Source of the DNA: an uncultured virus (IMG/VR IMGVR_UViG_3300037189_025323)
Taxonomy: Duplodnaviria; Heunggongvirae; Uroviricota; Caudoviricetes
Direction: 5' to 3' (one strand)
Virus record (IMG/VR): IMGVR_UViG_3300037189_025323
Coordinates: 52,814-72,813 of that record
Length of the DNA stretch: 20,000 nt
The first letter of the stretch is position 1; each line of letters begins with the position of its first letter. Positions 7,920 to 16,353 of the stretch are shown here, piece by piece. A model generated the notes under the pieces. It saw nothing but the letters and a program-made list of their open reading frames with translations. It did not search any database and was not told where the DNA came from. The position numbers and the translations under genes are program-made.

Positions 7920-9014
7920 TTATACTCCAAAACCCTTATCTTTCAACCCATTAAATAGGGAAATTAACTCATTGGCTGATAAGTTCTTAGGATCATAACC
8001 ATTGGGGCAGAGGCACTTATGAACGTGTTTTTTTCCAAAAATTCTTACAAAACTCTCTCCGATCTTATCCATTGCAGCCAGACCTCGTGCATCCCCATCA
8101 TACATCAGAACAATGTTTTTGGGCATCAACTCGGCAAAAAGCCTATGCTGGCCTGGGGCAATGTTTATCCCCAAAGTAGCAACAGCATTAGGAAACCCCT
8201 CCTGCCAAAGCTTCATGACTTCTCTGGGACCTTCTGTGACGATTAGCCAGTCTGCACCCTTCTGACAATCATCAAAGCCAAATAGATATTCTGCCACCTG
8301 AAAGTTTATAGCTGTAAGAGTCTTCCTGTAATTATCGGACAAAGGATGCTTCTTCTTCCACTCGTCTTCCCCAAGAAGATCTATAGCAGCAAAACCCTTA
8401 AGCTCCTTCCTCATGTAAAAAGGAATAATAGCCCTATCCGAATAGTACCCCCACGTTCTTTCAAAGATACTATACCGATCAACCGTCTCTTTTTTTATGT
8501 TAGTTGGATGAGGCTTATTGGGAGGCTTAATGAAAAAATCGTAGCACCTCTGGGAAATTGGCTTTTCTACCAAATCCTTACCAATATCGTCCAACCCCTG
8601 AACGATCTTAGGAGCAACCACTTCTTCAACCTCACGCATCCTCCGCAATCTACCCCGAATGGAATTCAACTGAATCCTCTGTTCAGTCAAAGACCCAGAC
8701 TCTTCCCCCGTTATAATGCTAATCGCATCTTTAGGAGAACAATCAAAGAGACGGCAAATTGTCCAAAGAAGATTGCTTCCCCTGCCTTCCGTTAAACAAA
8801 AAGTCTCTCCAGTCTTAATGCTTAACATCCATCTAGGGTGGGACGGTCTCCTATTAATGAAAAGATGATGGTCAGGGCAAAATCCTATGACACGATCCCC
8901 TGACCATCCATGAATCTTAGTCCCTAGCTTTCCCATAACAGCTTCGATATCTACCCCTGACATTAACCAGGAAATATCTCGATACCGAAGCTGTTCTTTA
9001 ATTCCAAGTTCCAC
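7920..9014 (-). CDS. dnaG: DNA primase, DnaG-like (Zn-finger-like N-terminus plus TOPRIM)
   Basis: VDIEAVM...FCPDH...FCLTEGRGSN (CHC2-like), RAIIPF, YLFG, IVTEGP, NAVATLG, MYDGDARG (DxD), YDP. Confidence 0.9.
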   Translation of the reverse strand: MELGIKEQLRYRDISWLMSGVDIEAVMGKLGTKIHGWSGDRVIGFCPDHHLFINRRPSHPRWMLSIKTGETFCLTEGRGSNLLWTICRLFDCSPKDAISIITGEESGSLTEQRIQLNSIRGRLRRMREVEEVVAPKIVQGLDDIGKDLVEKPISQRCYDFFIKPPNKPHPTNIKKETVDRYSIFERTWGYYSDRAIIPFYMRKELKGFAAIDLLGEDEWKKKHPLSDNYRKTLTAINFQVAEYLFGFDDCQKGADWLIVTEGPREVMKLWQEGFPNAVATLGINIAPGQHRLFAELMPKNIVLMYDGDARGLAAMDKIGESFVRIFGKKHVHKCLCPNGYDPKNLSANELISLFNGLKDKGFGV

Positions 9015-9017
9015 TGG

Positions 9018-10025
9018 TTATGCACCCCGAAGATATTTACGTCCCTTACGAACGTCATAAGCCGTAAACTCTTCCGAAGTATTAAGATCATTGGAAATGA
9101 AATCGAAAGATTCAACCATTTCCTTATCACACTTAACAGCAGCAGAAAGAAGCAATGCCTCCTTAGACATCGGCTTTACAGAAGTCTCATCATAAGAAGA
9201 AACCGCATGCAGAATAAGCAGAATCAATTCCTGAGATACAGCCTTCCCCTGAGCCTTCGCCTCTGCAACAGCCTTCCTAATAGCAATGGACATCCGATTG
9301 AATGTCAAATTGTTCAAGCCCAACAACAAACCCTTCTTGGTTGTTTTAGGCAAACAATTCTTGAACTCAAAACCATCAACTGCACCAATCTTATGCAACA
9401 GAGCAGAAGTTAGAGCAATAGCCTTTTCCATATTAGACATCTCATAACGTCCAGCCAATGCCATAACATTCTCAGCAACGTTTACAGTAGAGACAAGCAA
9501 TCCTCCCATCCTTCCATAATAGGGATTCTCACTCCCCGGAGATTCCACAAACTTTTGATACAAAGCCTCATTAGCATCAAAAACCTCACCAAGAAGAAGA
9601 GTACAGGTTTCTTGCCCTTCTTGAGACTCCATCTTTACAACCTGATCCACAAGTTGAACAAACCGATCTTCAACCTCTTTAATATTCTCAAAAACAGCAA
9701 TGAAATCTGACAAATCATCTGGATCATCAACCTTTTCCAGATTCTTGGCAATGATAGAAGGGCTACCTTGATAATCCTCAACCATTGCAGAAACTAAAAC
9801 AAAGGTCCCAGCATTCACATCCTGAACCGTTCCCCAGTACTTTACGTTTCTCCCACCAGACTTATCCCGCAGAATCAAATCGGTATATTTCTTATTCTGG
9901 GCTGTCAGCTTAACATAAGCCGATTCAACATAATAAATCCCAGCAAAAGAACTCCCAATTCCCTGAGACATCAGCAAGGCATGCTCTTCAGCTTGATTAA
10001 CCATTTCTTCCTGATCCTTCTTCAT
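9018..10025 (-). CDS. YhaM/Cbf1-like OB-fold + HD-fold protein with degenerate metal ligands
   Basis: OB fold: KKYTDLILRDKSGGRNVKYW...VEDYQG. HD-like region: SPGSENPYYGRMGGLLVST, ALLHKIG, ILHAVSSY, PMSKEALLL. Confidence 0.8.
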   Translation of the reverse strand: MKKDQEEMVNQAEEHALLMSQGIGSSFAGIYYVESAYVKLTAQNKKYTDLILRDKSGGRNVKYWGTVQDVNAGTFVLVSAMVEDYQGSPSIIAKNLEKVDDPDDLSDFIAVFENIKEVEDRFVQLVDQVVKMESQEGQETCTLLLGEVFDANEALYQKFVESPGSENPYYGRMGGLLVSTVNVAENVMALAGRYEMSNMEKAIALTSALLHKIGAVDGFEFKNCLPKTTKKGLLLGLNNLTFNRMSIAIRKAVAEAKAQGKAVSQELILLILHAVSSYDETSVKPMSKEALLLSAAVKCDKEMVESFDFISNDLNTSEEFTAYDVRKGRKYLRGA

Positions 10026-10069
10026 CTGATTGCCCTTCTGTCTTTTGTTCCCAAATTGAACGACAAACC

Positions 10070-10077
10070 ATTATACC
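10070..10077 (-). promoter_or_regulatory. Putative -10 element upstream of the YhaM-like gene
   Basis: GGTATAAT in the 79-nt intergenic spacer. Confidence 0.4.
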
Positions 10078-10104
10078 GTTGAGAACCCAATCCTCACCCT
10101 GATC

Positions 10105-11928
10105 CTAAGAATTAAAACCTAAAATTTTTGGCTTCTTAATTGTACTTACCAAAGTTTTTTCCACCTTCGGCTGAGAAATGGCAACCGGCTGATTAGTAAT
10201 AACTAATTTTTTCACTTCTTCCATAGCCTCATCCGAAGTCTCTATTTCACTATTAGCTATTGGTTTCATTCCTGTTTTTTCCAAAGCCTTTTGTTTATCA
10301 AGAAAAGAAATTGGAACTCCCGCATCAACACCAACCTCCACCTCTTCCTCTTTTTTAACTTCCTCTTGAGGCTTTGGATCATCCTCTACTTGTTTTTCTT
10401 CCTGCTGTGAATCCTCTTTCGGTTTTTCCTCTTGATCCACTTCCTTTGTACTCTCTTCCTTTGGCTTTTCTTCCGTTGTCTTCTCTTCTTGCTTCTTGCT
10501 CTGTTTCCCTTTCTCTGTTCCTTTCCCTACTTCGCCAACAGCATTATTTAATGAATTATCTACCGCCTTATTCTGCTTAGGCTCCTCCTTCCTTTCCTCA
10601 ACAAATCCATATTTTACATGATGAACAGCCTTAAATGCGAAACAAGCACCATCACGATTCTTTTTGATATCAACACTCCAATAAACATCTCTTTCCCATT
10701 CTGGAATGCTGAGATCTGAATCGTCTTTCCCGGTTACAGTCACAGCAATAGAGGTATTTGCTACATGAACCTGCTCCTTAGATCCATATACATCCATCTT
10801 CCCAGCAGCCTTTCCCTTAGTCTGTTTCTTTTCTACTTCTGTTGAAGCCTGAGTTGCAGTAACCACAGCCAAATGGAAAGCCCTACCCAACTCCTTACAA
10901 TCAGTAGCAGCTTTCCCTTGTTCATCAAATTCCCCCCAAGCCTGCTCAACCGGTTTTACGTGGGGCAAATGGTCAATGATCACAACATCAATCTTAATTC
11001 CCTTTGCCTCTAATTCCCTAATCGCCTCCTCAATCAAAGTGATATCAGTAAAAGCTGGAACTTCTTTTACAAAAATTCTCCCAATTCCGGGTTGCCTTAA
11101 ATCTACCTCCATTATTGTTTTCCATTTTTCCAAATTTTCATCAGTAATCGTAGCCAACTTAAAATCCCTATATGGGATTCCACTCATTTGAGCATCAAAT
11201 TTTGTCTCAACCTGTAATAGATGCTCCTCATTACAAATATGAAGTACATTCTTATTCTTATTGCACTTAATAATTCCCGTCTCTATCTGCTTAAGAATAG
11301 TAGACTTACCCACACCAGTAATAGCAGAAAACAAAGTCAATTCACCAGGGAATAAACCACCAGTAGCATTATCAAAAGTAGCAAAGCCTGTCTTTATCCC
11401 AAGATATTTTTCTGGATGATCCTTCTTATCCTGAATAACCTCAAGCCGATGCTTATAATCCGTAAGCTCTACAATATCAGGAGTTTGCTTTTGATCCGAT
11501 ATCTTAGAAAGAGAAGTTTTGATGAAACGCTGAGCTTCATCAATCTTTCCTTTTTCAATAAACTCAGCCACAGATTCAGCAACGTCTAATAATTGCCTTC
11601 CAACATGAGCCTTCCCTAATCTTTCTAACAAAACCTCAGGCTCATCCTTACCTTGCAAGCCATTAATAAGGCTCCATTCCATTTCATAAAAATGAGCATC
11701 CTTAACATCAATCCGGCTTCTTACCTCATAATCAAAAATGTTTTGAGTCAACAACCCCTTAGAAGTCTTAAAGGTACGGACAATATTATCCCGGATAAAC
11801 TTTCTTTCTTTAGATGTAAAATAATCTTCTTTGATTTTATTGTGGATTTTCTGAAGAGTCATCTTCTGAGTAACAAGAAGATGCAAAAGCGAACGCTCTA
11901 GCTCCATAGTGTCATTAAAACCAGACAT
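10105..11928 (-). CDS. dnaB: Replicative DNA helicase, DnaB family, with a long E/K-rich C-terminal tail
   Basis: GIKTGFATFDNATGGLFPGELTLFSAITGVGKS (Walker A), CNEE, VIIDHL (Walker B), TATQ, KKNRDG (Arg finger); RBS GGAGAGG. Confidence 0.93.
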   Translation of the reverse strand: MSGFNDTMELERSLLHLLVTQKMTLQKIHNKIKEDYFTSKERKFIRDNIVRTFKTSKGLLTQNIFDYEVRSRIDVKDAHFYEMEWSLINGLQGKDEPEVLLERLGKAHVGRQLLDVAESVAEFIEKGKIDEAQRFIKTSLSKISDQKQTPDIVELTDYKHRLEVIQDKKDHPEKYLGIKTGFATFDNATGGLFPGELTLFSAITGVGKSTILKQIETGIIKCNKNKNVLHICNEEHLLQVETKFDAQMSGIPYRDFKLATITDENLEKWKTIMEVDLRQPGIGRIFVKEVPAFTDITLIEEAIRELEAKGIKIDVVIIDHLPHVKPVEQAWGEFDEQGKAATDCKELGRAFHLAVVTATQASTEVEKKQTKGKAAGKMDVYGSKEQVHVANTSIAVTVTGKDDSDLSIPEWERDVYWSVDIKKNRDGACFAFKAVHHVKYGFVEERKEEPKQNKAVDNSLNNAVGEVGKGTEKGKQSKKQEEKTTEEKPKEESTKEVDQEEKPKEDSQQEEKQVEDDPKPQEEVKKEEEVEVGVDAGVPISFLDKQKALEKTGMKPIANSEIETSDEAMEEVKKLVITNQPVAISQPKVEKTLVSTIKKPKILGFNS

Positions 11929-11940
11929 AAACCTCTCCCA

Positions 11941-14900
11941 TTAAAGCAATTTAGCAATATCTTTAGGTCCCAACCGATGTAAAACCATATCGTCTACATC
12001 ATCCCCAAGTGTCTCCGCTGAAACAACAGACTTTCCATATAAAACACCACGAATCCTTTCCTCGATCGTATTTTTACAAACAAAATTAATTACATTAACT
12101 ACATTTTTCTGGCCAAGGCGATGACAATTGTGAACAGCCGCCCTTCCAACAACAAAGGAAGAATCTTCCTCAACAGTTAAATCATAAACCCGAACTTTCT
12201 TACTGGTCTCTATTCTTGTCATAACCTCAGAAACAGGAAGACATACATAACCATCCACTTTCTTATTTAAAAGAGGCGAACTTCTGTAATCTCCATTTGC
12301 CGTTAAAGCGCCAATCCAATGGCCCTTATTATGGCAATTATCAACCTGCCTCAACGTTGAAGGATAACCCATCATTTCGGTTATTTTCGTCATTTGTAAA
12401 GAAAGAATTGGAGAAACAGTAACCCATTCTTTAGTGTTCCTTCTAAAATACCCATCCCCCTGGACATATGCTCCATATATTTTTTCTAAATATTTTATAT
12501 CCCACTTTACAAGCCAATCGTGGGGTATTTGTTTTTTAAAACATTCGCCCCCAAATAAACTTTCAAACCAAAAAGCCAACTCAGAGCTATATACTCTTAA
12601 TTCTATCCCGTTAGTTGCTGGCTTATTTATTGTTCCATTTATTCCAAGTATTTCCTTAGAATACTTTTTTATCCTTTCCAGAATACTCATCTCCTTAACA
12701 TGCCCAGAAAAAGAAACAAACTTGCCTTTGTCATTTGAAATAGAACAAAACCCTTCCGCCAAATACCAACCAACAACAAAAAGGAAGTCGTCATCTATCT
12801 TGATGGCTCTTGGCAATGGATGATATCTACCATTAACAAATTCAGCAGAACCATTTAATCTCTGCATCTTATTAAAAGAAAACTCCTCTGGAAATTCCAA
12901 TTCACCAGGGTCATTTCTTTCTTCAGACAAAATAGGAGATAATAAAAAATCACGAGGACGGACATCAACTGCCTCCATCCAATCTATTTTTTCACCCCTA
13001 AGGATCAAAACTAAATGATCATGGGTTACTTTTAATGGATAGCCATATCTTCTGTATTTGATTTCCGTTGTTAATCCACCAGTTGTATTAGATCTATGAA
13101 GTTTATTCCATACGTCTAATACCTTCCGATATCTACCCCGATGAGTTAAAACCATATCCCCAGTCTTAACATCCTCAATCTTAACCATCCCGCGATCCGT
13201 ATTGACATACTGACCCTCTATAACACACCGATCCTCCCTCTGAGCCATAATAGCAGGAGCCCAATTGTCATCATAATTAATTACATAATCAGCAGAGGTG
13301 AAATTCAAACCAGTAGACATAGCCTCTGTGCCAATCATCGAATCTATTGATTTATCCTCGTTGAATTGCTTTTGCATCCCCGCTCGAAGCTGCTTTGGTG
13401 TATCTCCGTCAATCCGAAGATATTTCAGATTCATCTCTTCCATTACTTTCACCAAAACATCTATCATCTGCTTATACTGACTAAAAACCAGAACCTTATG
13501 CCCATTTTGAATAATTACCTCATCCAAAATCTCCTTAAAAGCCTCAAGCTTAGAATTCACCTTGCAATTCTCACCAATTAATCCAGGATAATCACAAAAC
13601 TGCTTACATCTGATCACAGTAACCATGGCTTCAGTATCTTGGGTTGCTACATGACCCGAAGAAGCTAACGCCTTGTAGATTTTTTCTTCTTCCTTTGATA
13701 GAACCACAATCCTATTCTGATAGATTTTATTAGGCAAGTCCTTTAAAACATCAGCCTTTAATCTGCGAATAAAACAATGAGCTATCCGCTTCTTTACATC
13801 ATCAATATCTTTATACCCAGTCACCTTTCCCCAGAAATCAGTAATGGCATGCTTCTGAAGAAATCTGGTTCTTGATTCCAACAACCCAGGATAAACAAAT
13901 TCCATAACTGAATGTAACTCTTCTAATCTCCCATCCATCGGAGTACCTGTTAAAGCCACTCGGAATTTACTCTTCAATTGCTTTATACACTTACTTCTCT
14001 TGCTAGCATGAGATTTAAGGGCATGGGATTCATCCACAAGGATCATATCCCAATCTCGTTCTTTTACAGAACTTAAAATTTTCTTCCTAAATTGAGCCTT
14101 AGCTTTTAATTCTTTTTTTCTGGCAGTCTTCTCTTCATCATCATCTGGATCTTCTTTATATTCCCTACCTCCAAACAAATCCTCAAGAATAAGCTCAAAA
14201 TTAACAACGTAATAATAAACGTCATCCCGCATCCATTGAGCAATCCTCTCTTCTGGACTCCCATCAATTACCACAAACTTCTCATCTGTAAATTTTTCGA
14301 TTTCAATTGGCCAATTGTACTTTAAAGAAGCAGGAGTGACAATAAGACACTTTTTTGCCCCGTTCTTATTCTTCCTAACCAACGAAATAGCAAGACCTTG
14401 CAGGGTATTGTGTGTTACAATATGATGCTGAATAACATACGAATGATCTTTGGAATCAACAGCAATACATACCGCATCATCATACCGTACAGGCTCAATA
14501 CTTACAATATTCCTGACAAGTTTTGATGATCTCTTCCACTTCGCAATAGAAGATGGACGGGAAAATGGATTAAAACTAGTTCTAACAACCAATTGCCAAC
14601 AATCCTGCTCCTGAACCTGCTTCCCATCCCTTACCCTTAATCTGCCAGGAACAAGAGACTTAGTAGCCATTCCACCCAGACTATGAACAAGCTCGATAAC
14701 GTCATCAGCAAGACGTTCCGATACTGTTGAAAACCTAGTCCTAGCTTTCATTGCAGAACCATCTGTATCCAATAAGCCAGCCAACAACTGCTTCCGTTGT
14801 TCTATGCTTCCTTCAAGATATTCATGAGGAATAAACTTCCTTTCCCCAGTAACATTTAGTCCATATTTAACAATTTGAGTTTTTAGTGGGTTCTCGTATC

Positions 14901-15828
14901 CACTGCCTTTATAAACAATAGAATACCGAGTTGACGTTCCATAATCAGCATTCTTATGCAAGCTATAACCCGGAGGTACAGCCTTCTGTACAAGAAATGG
15001 AGTTTCATCATCCCCAGGAACAAAGGTTACTCCATCTGTCAAGGAACCATCCCCAAGCAACACTCCCATTAGATATGGTGGTATGATATACGTCTTAGTG
15101 TTATAGGCGATTGGTTCGACCAAGGGTATCCGCCACTTGGCCCTTTTATCCTTGTAGTGTAAGTCACCAAATAATTGTCGAGTGTCGAGAACTCTCCACC
15201 CCTGCTTCCTCTTCGCATTGTTGTCCGTCTGGGCTATCCAAAGATGCTCCCACCCACACTCACATGAAAACCCATCACTAAAAGTTACTTTCAGTAATTC
15301 TTTCACACCCTGAGGATAAACTCCATTTACCCGGCTAAGGGTTCCAGCCCTCGAATAAACCATGTCCCCGACCTTCAAAGAACCAATTGGTTGCCAGCCA
15401 TAAGCTGTTAATACGGGGGTGTTTATAGCACAAAATTTTCCCAAACCCATTTCGTCGGCAATTAATACCCCTTCTGCATTTGTTAAAGAATAGACAACAC
15501 CCAGTTTTTGGTAATTATAGAGTCTACAATTCTCCTTAAGACCAGGGACAAGAAGACGAACCGGAACATCCTGTTTGGACATTTCCCGGATTTTATTTAG
15601 CTTGTCTTCTTTTTCTATCTGTTGATGCAGCTTATCTTCAACAGACTGATCAACCGTTAAAGAATCAATCTCGTCAACTAAATATTCCACATTGGAAATA
15701 CTAAATGCAACAACCCAAGCCCTTTCTACTACATCCCATCTCCCACCTATCTCTTTTACCAAATTCCGTTGCTCATAATCACATTCAATAATTAAAAAGC
15801 CATCATTGCGAACCCACATTCTAGACAT
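11941..15828 (-). CDS. SNF2-family helicase/ATPase precursor with two inteins (spliced product about 585 aa)
   Basis: YQ, ADEMGLGK|T, PASLKYNW, DESH, LTGTPM, IRRLKADV, KVLVFSQY, RIDG, GLNF, QREDR|CHRLGQ, TIEE. Confidence 0.95.
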   Translation of the reverse strand: MSRMWVRNDGFLIIECDYEQRNLVKEIGGRWDVVERAWVVAFSISNVEYLVDEIDSLTVDQSVEDKLHQQIEKEDKLNKIREMSKQDVPVRLLVPGLKENCRLYNYQKLGVVYSLTNAEGVLIADEMGLGKFCAINTPVLTAYGWQPIGSLKVGDMVYSRAGTLSRVNGVYPQGVKELLKVTFSDGFSCECGWEHLWIAQTDNNAKRKQGWRVLDTRQLFGDLHYKDKRAKWRIPLVEPIAYNTKTYIIPPYLMGVLLGDGSLTDGVTFVPGDDETPFLVQKAVPPGYSLHKNADYGTSTRYSIVYKGSGYENPLKTQIVKYGLNVTGERKFIPHEYLEGSIEQRKQLLAGLLDTDGSAMKARTRFSTVSERLADDVIELVHSLGGMATKSLVPGRLRVRDGKQVQEQDCWQLVVRTSFNPFSRPSSIAKWKRSSKLVRNIVSIEPVRYDDAVCIAVDSKDHSYVIQHHIVTHNTLQGLAISLVRKNKNGAKKCLIVTPASLKYNWPIEIEKFTDEKFVVIDGSPEERIAQWMRDDVYYYVVNFELILEDLFGGREYKEDPDDDEEKTARKKELKAKAQFRKKILSSVKERDWDMILVDESHALKSHASKRSKCIKQLKSKFRVALTGTPMDGRLEELHSVMEFVYPGLLESRTRFLQKHAITDFWGKVTGYKDIDDVKKRIAHCFIRRLKADVLKDLPNKIYQNRIVVLSKEEEKIYKALASSGHVATQDTEAMVTVIRCKQFCDYPGLIGENCKVNSKLEAFKEILDEVIIQNGHKVLVFSQYKQMIDVLVKVMEEMNLKYLRIDGDTPKQLRAGMQKQFNEDKSIDSMIGTEAMSTGLNFTSADYVINYDDNWAPAIMAQREDRCVIEGQYVNTDRGMVKIEDVKTGDMVLTHRGRYRKVLDVWNKLHRSNTTGGLTTEIKYRRYGYPLKVTHDHLVLILRGEKIDWMEAVDVRPRDFLLSPILSEERNDPGELEFPEEFSFNKMQRLNGSAEFVNGRYHPLPRAIKIDDDFLFVVGWYLAEGFCSISNDKGKFVSFSGHVKEMSILERIKKYSKEILGINGTINKPATNGIELRVYSSELAFWFESLFGGECFKKQIPHDWLVKWDIKYLEKIYGAYVQGDGYFRRNTKEWVTVSPILSLQMTKITEMMGYPSTLRQVDNCHNKGHWIGALTANGDYRSSPLLNKKVDGYVCLPVSEVMTRIETSKKVRVYDLTVEEDSSFVVGRAAVHNCHRLGQKNVVNVINFVCKNTIEERIRGVLYGKSVVSAETLGDDVDDMVLHRLGPKDIAKLL
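12127..13227 (-). mobile_element. Intein 2 (class 1, 367 aa) with LAGLIDADG homing endonuclease, in SNF2 motif VI
   Basis: Starts CVIEGQYV, block B VTHDHLV, LAGLIDADG motifs VGWYLAEG and GAYVQGDG, block F VYDLTVEEDSSF, ends VHN followed by +1 Cys. Confidence 0.95.
14407..15435 (-). mobile_element. Intein 1 (class 3-type, 343 aa) with LAGLIDADG homing endonuclease, in the SNF2 Walker A (GK|T)
   Basis: FCAINTPVLTAYGW at the start, EHLW (block B Trp), LAGLIDADG motifs MGVLLGDG and LAGLLDTDG, AVCIAVD (block F Cys), VTHN followed by +1 Thr. Confidence 0.93.
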
Positions 15829-15856
15829 AATAATACTCCTGATCCCCAGTTAAGAT

Positions 15857-15865
15857 ATTATACCA
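15857..15865 (-). promoter_or_regulatory. Putative extended -10 promoter element upstream of the replication block
   Basis: TGGTATAAT in the intergenic spacer about 30 nt before the SNF2 ATG; no TTGACA at -35. Confidence 0.5.
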
Positions 15866-15879
15866 ACAGGAATAGGAGT

Positions 15880-16353
15880 TTACCCTACCGGCTTCTTAAG
15901 ATTTATTACACCCTCGTTAGTAGTATAGGGTCCATCATCCCCCACAAGCACAACCTTTACGTCATACACATATTGAGCAATATCTAAACTCTGAGTATCA
16001 GCCGGATTAACATAAAAGAAAGCCTCGCCCTGATCCGCTGAACCAATCATACCTTCTGCTGGATAATTAGTCCTCTTGGAAAAAACAACAGGACCACTTT
16101 TAATTTTCTTTAAAGTAAAAGTACAAACAGCACCAGTTAAATTAATTGGATTAAGACTTGCATCCTTAACATAAAGCCTAAGTCTACGTTTATTCCCAGC
16201 ATAAAGTTCTATAGCATCATATGGCACAGCAGTTCTCCTCAACGGATAATTATTAACAAGACCAATCAGCTTCGATTCTTTAATTAAAATACCAAGCAAG
16301 TCACAAGGATGAAGTGACTGGGGATTATAATATGCCTCAAACCCGTCTACCAT
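15880..16353 (-). CDS. BppU-like (baseplate upper protein N-terminal-like) Ig-fold phage protein
   Basis: AGNKRRLRLYVKD...PINLTGAVCTFTLKK...G...VNPADTQSL...YVYDVKV pattern typical of BppU-like domains. Confidence 0.6.
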   Translation of the reverse strand: MVDGFEAYYNPQSLHPCDLLGILIKESKLIGLVNNYPLRRTAVPYDAIELYAGNKRRLRLYVKDASLNPINLTGAVCTFTLKKIKSGPVVFSKRTNYPAEGMIGSADQGEAFFYVNPADTQSLDIAQYVYDVKVVLVGDDGPYTTNEGVINLKKPVG

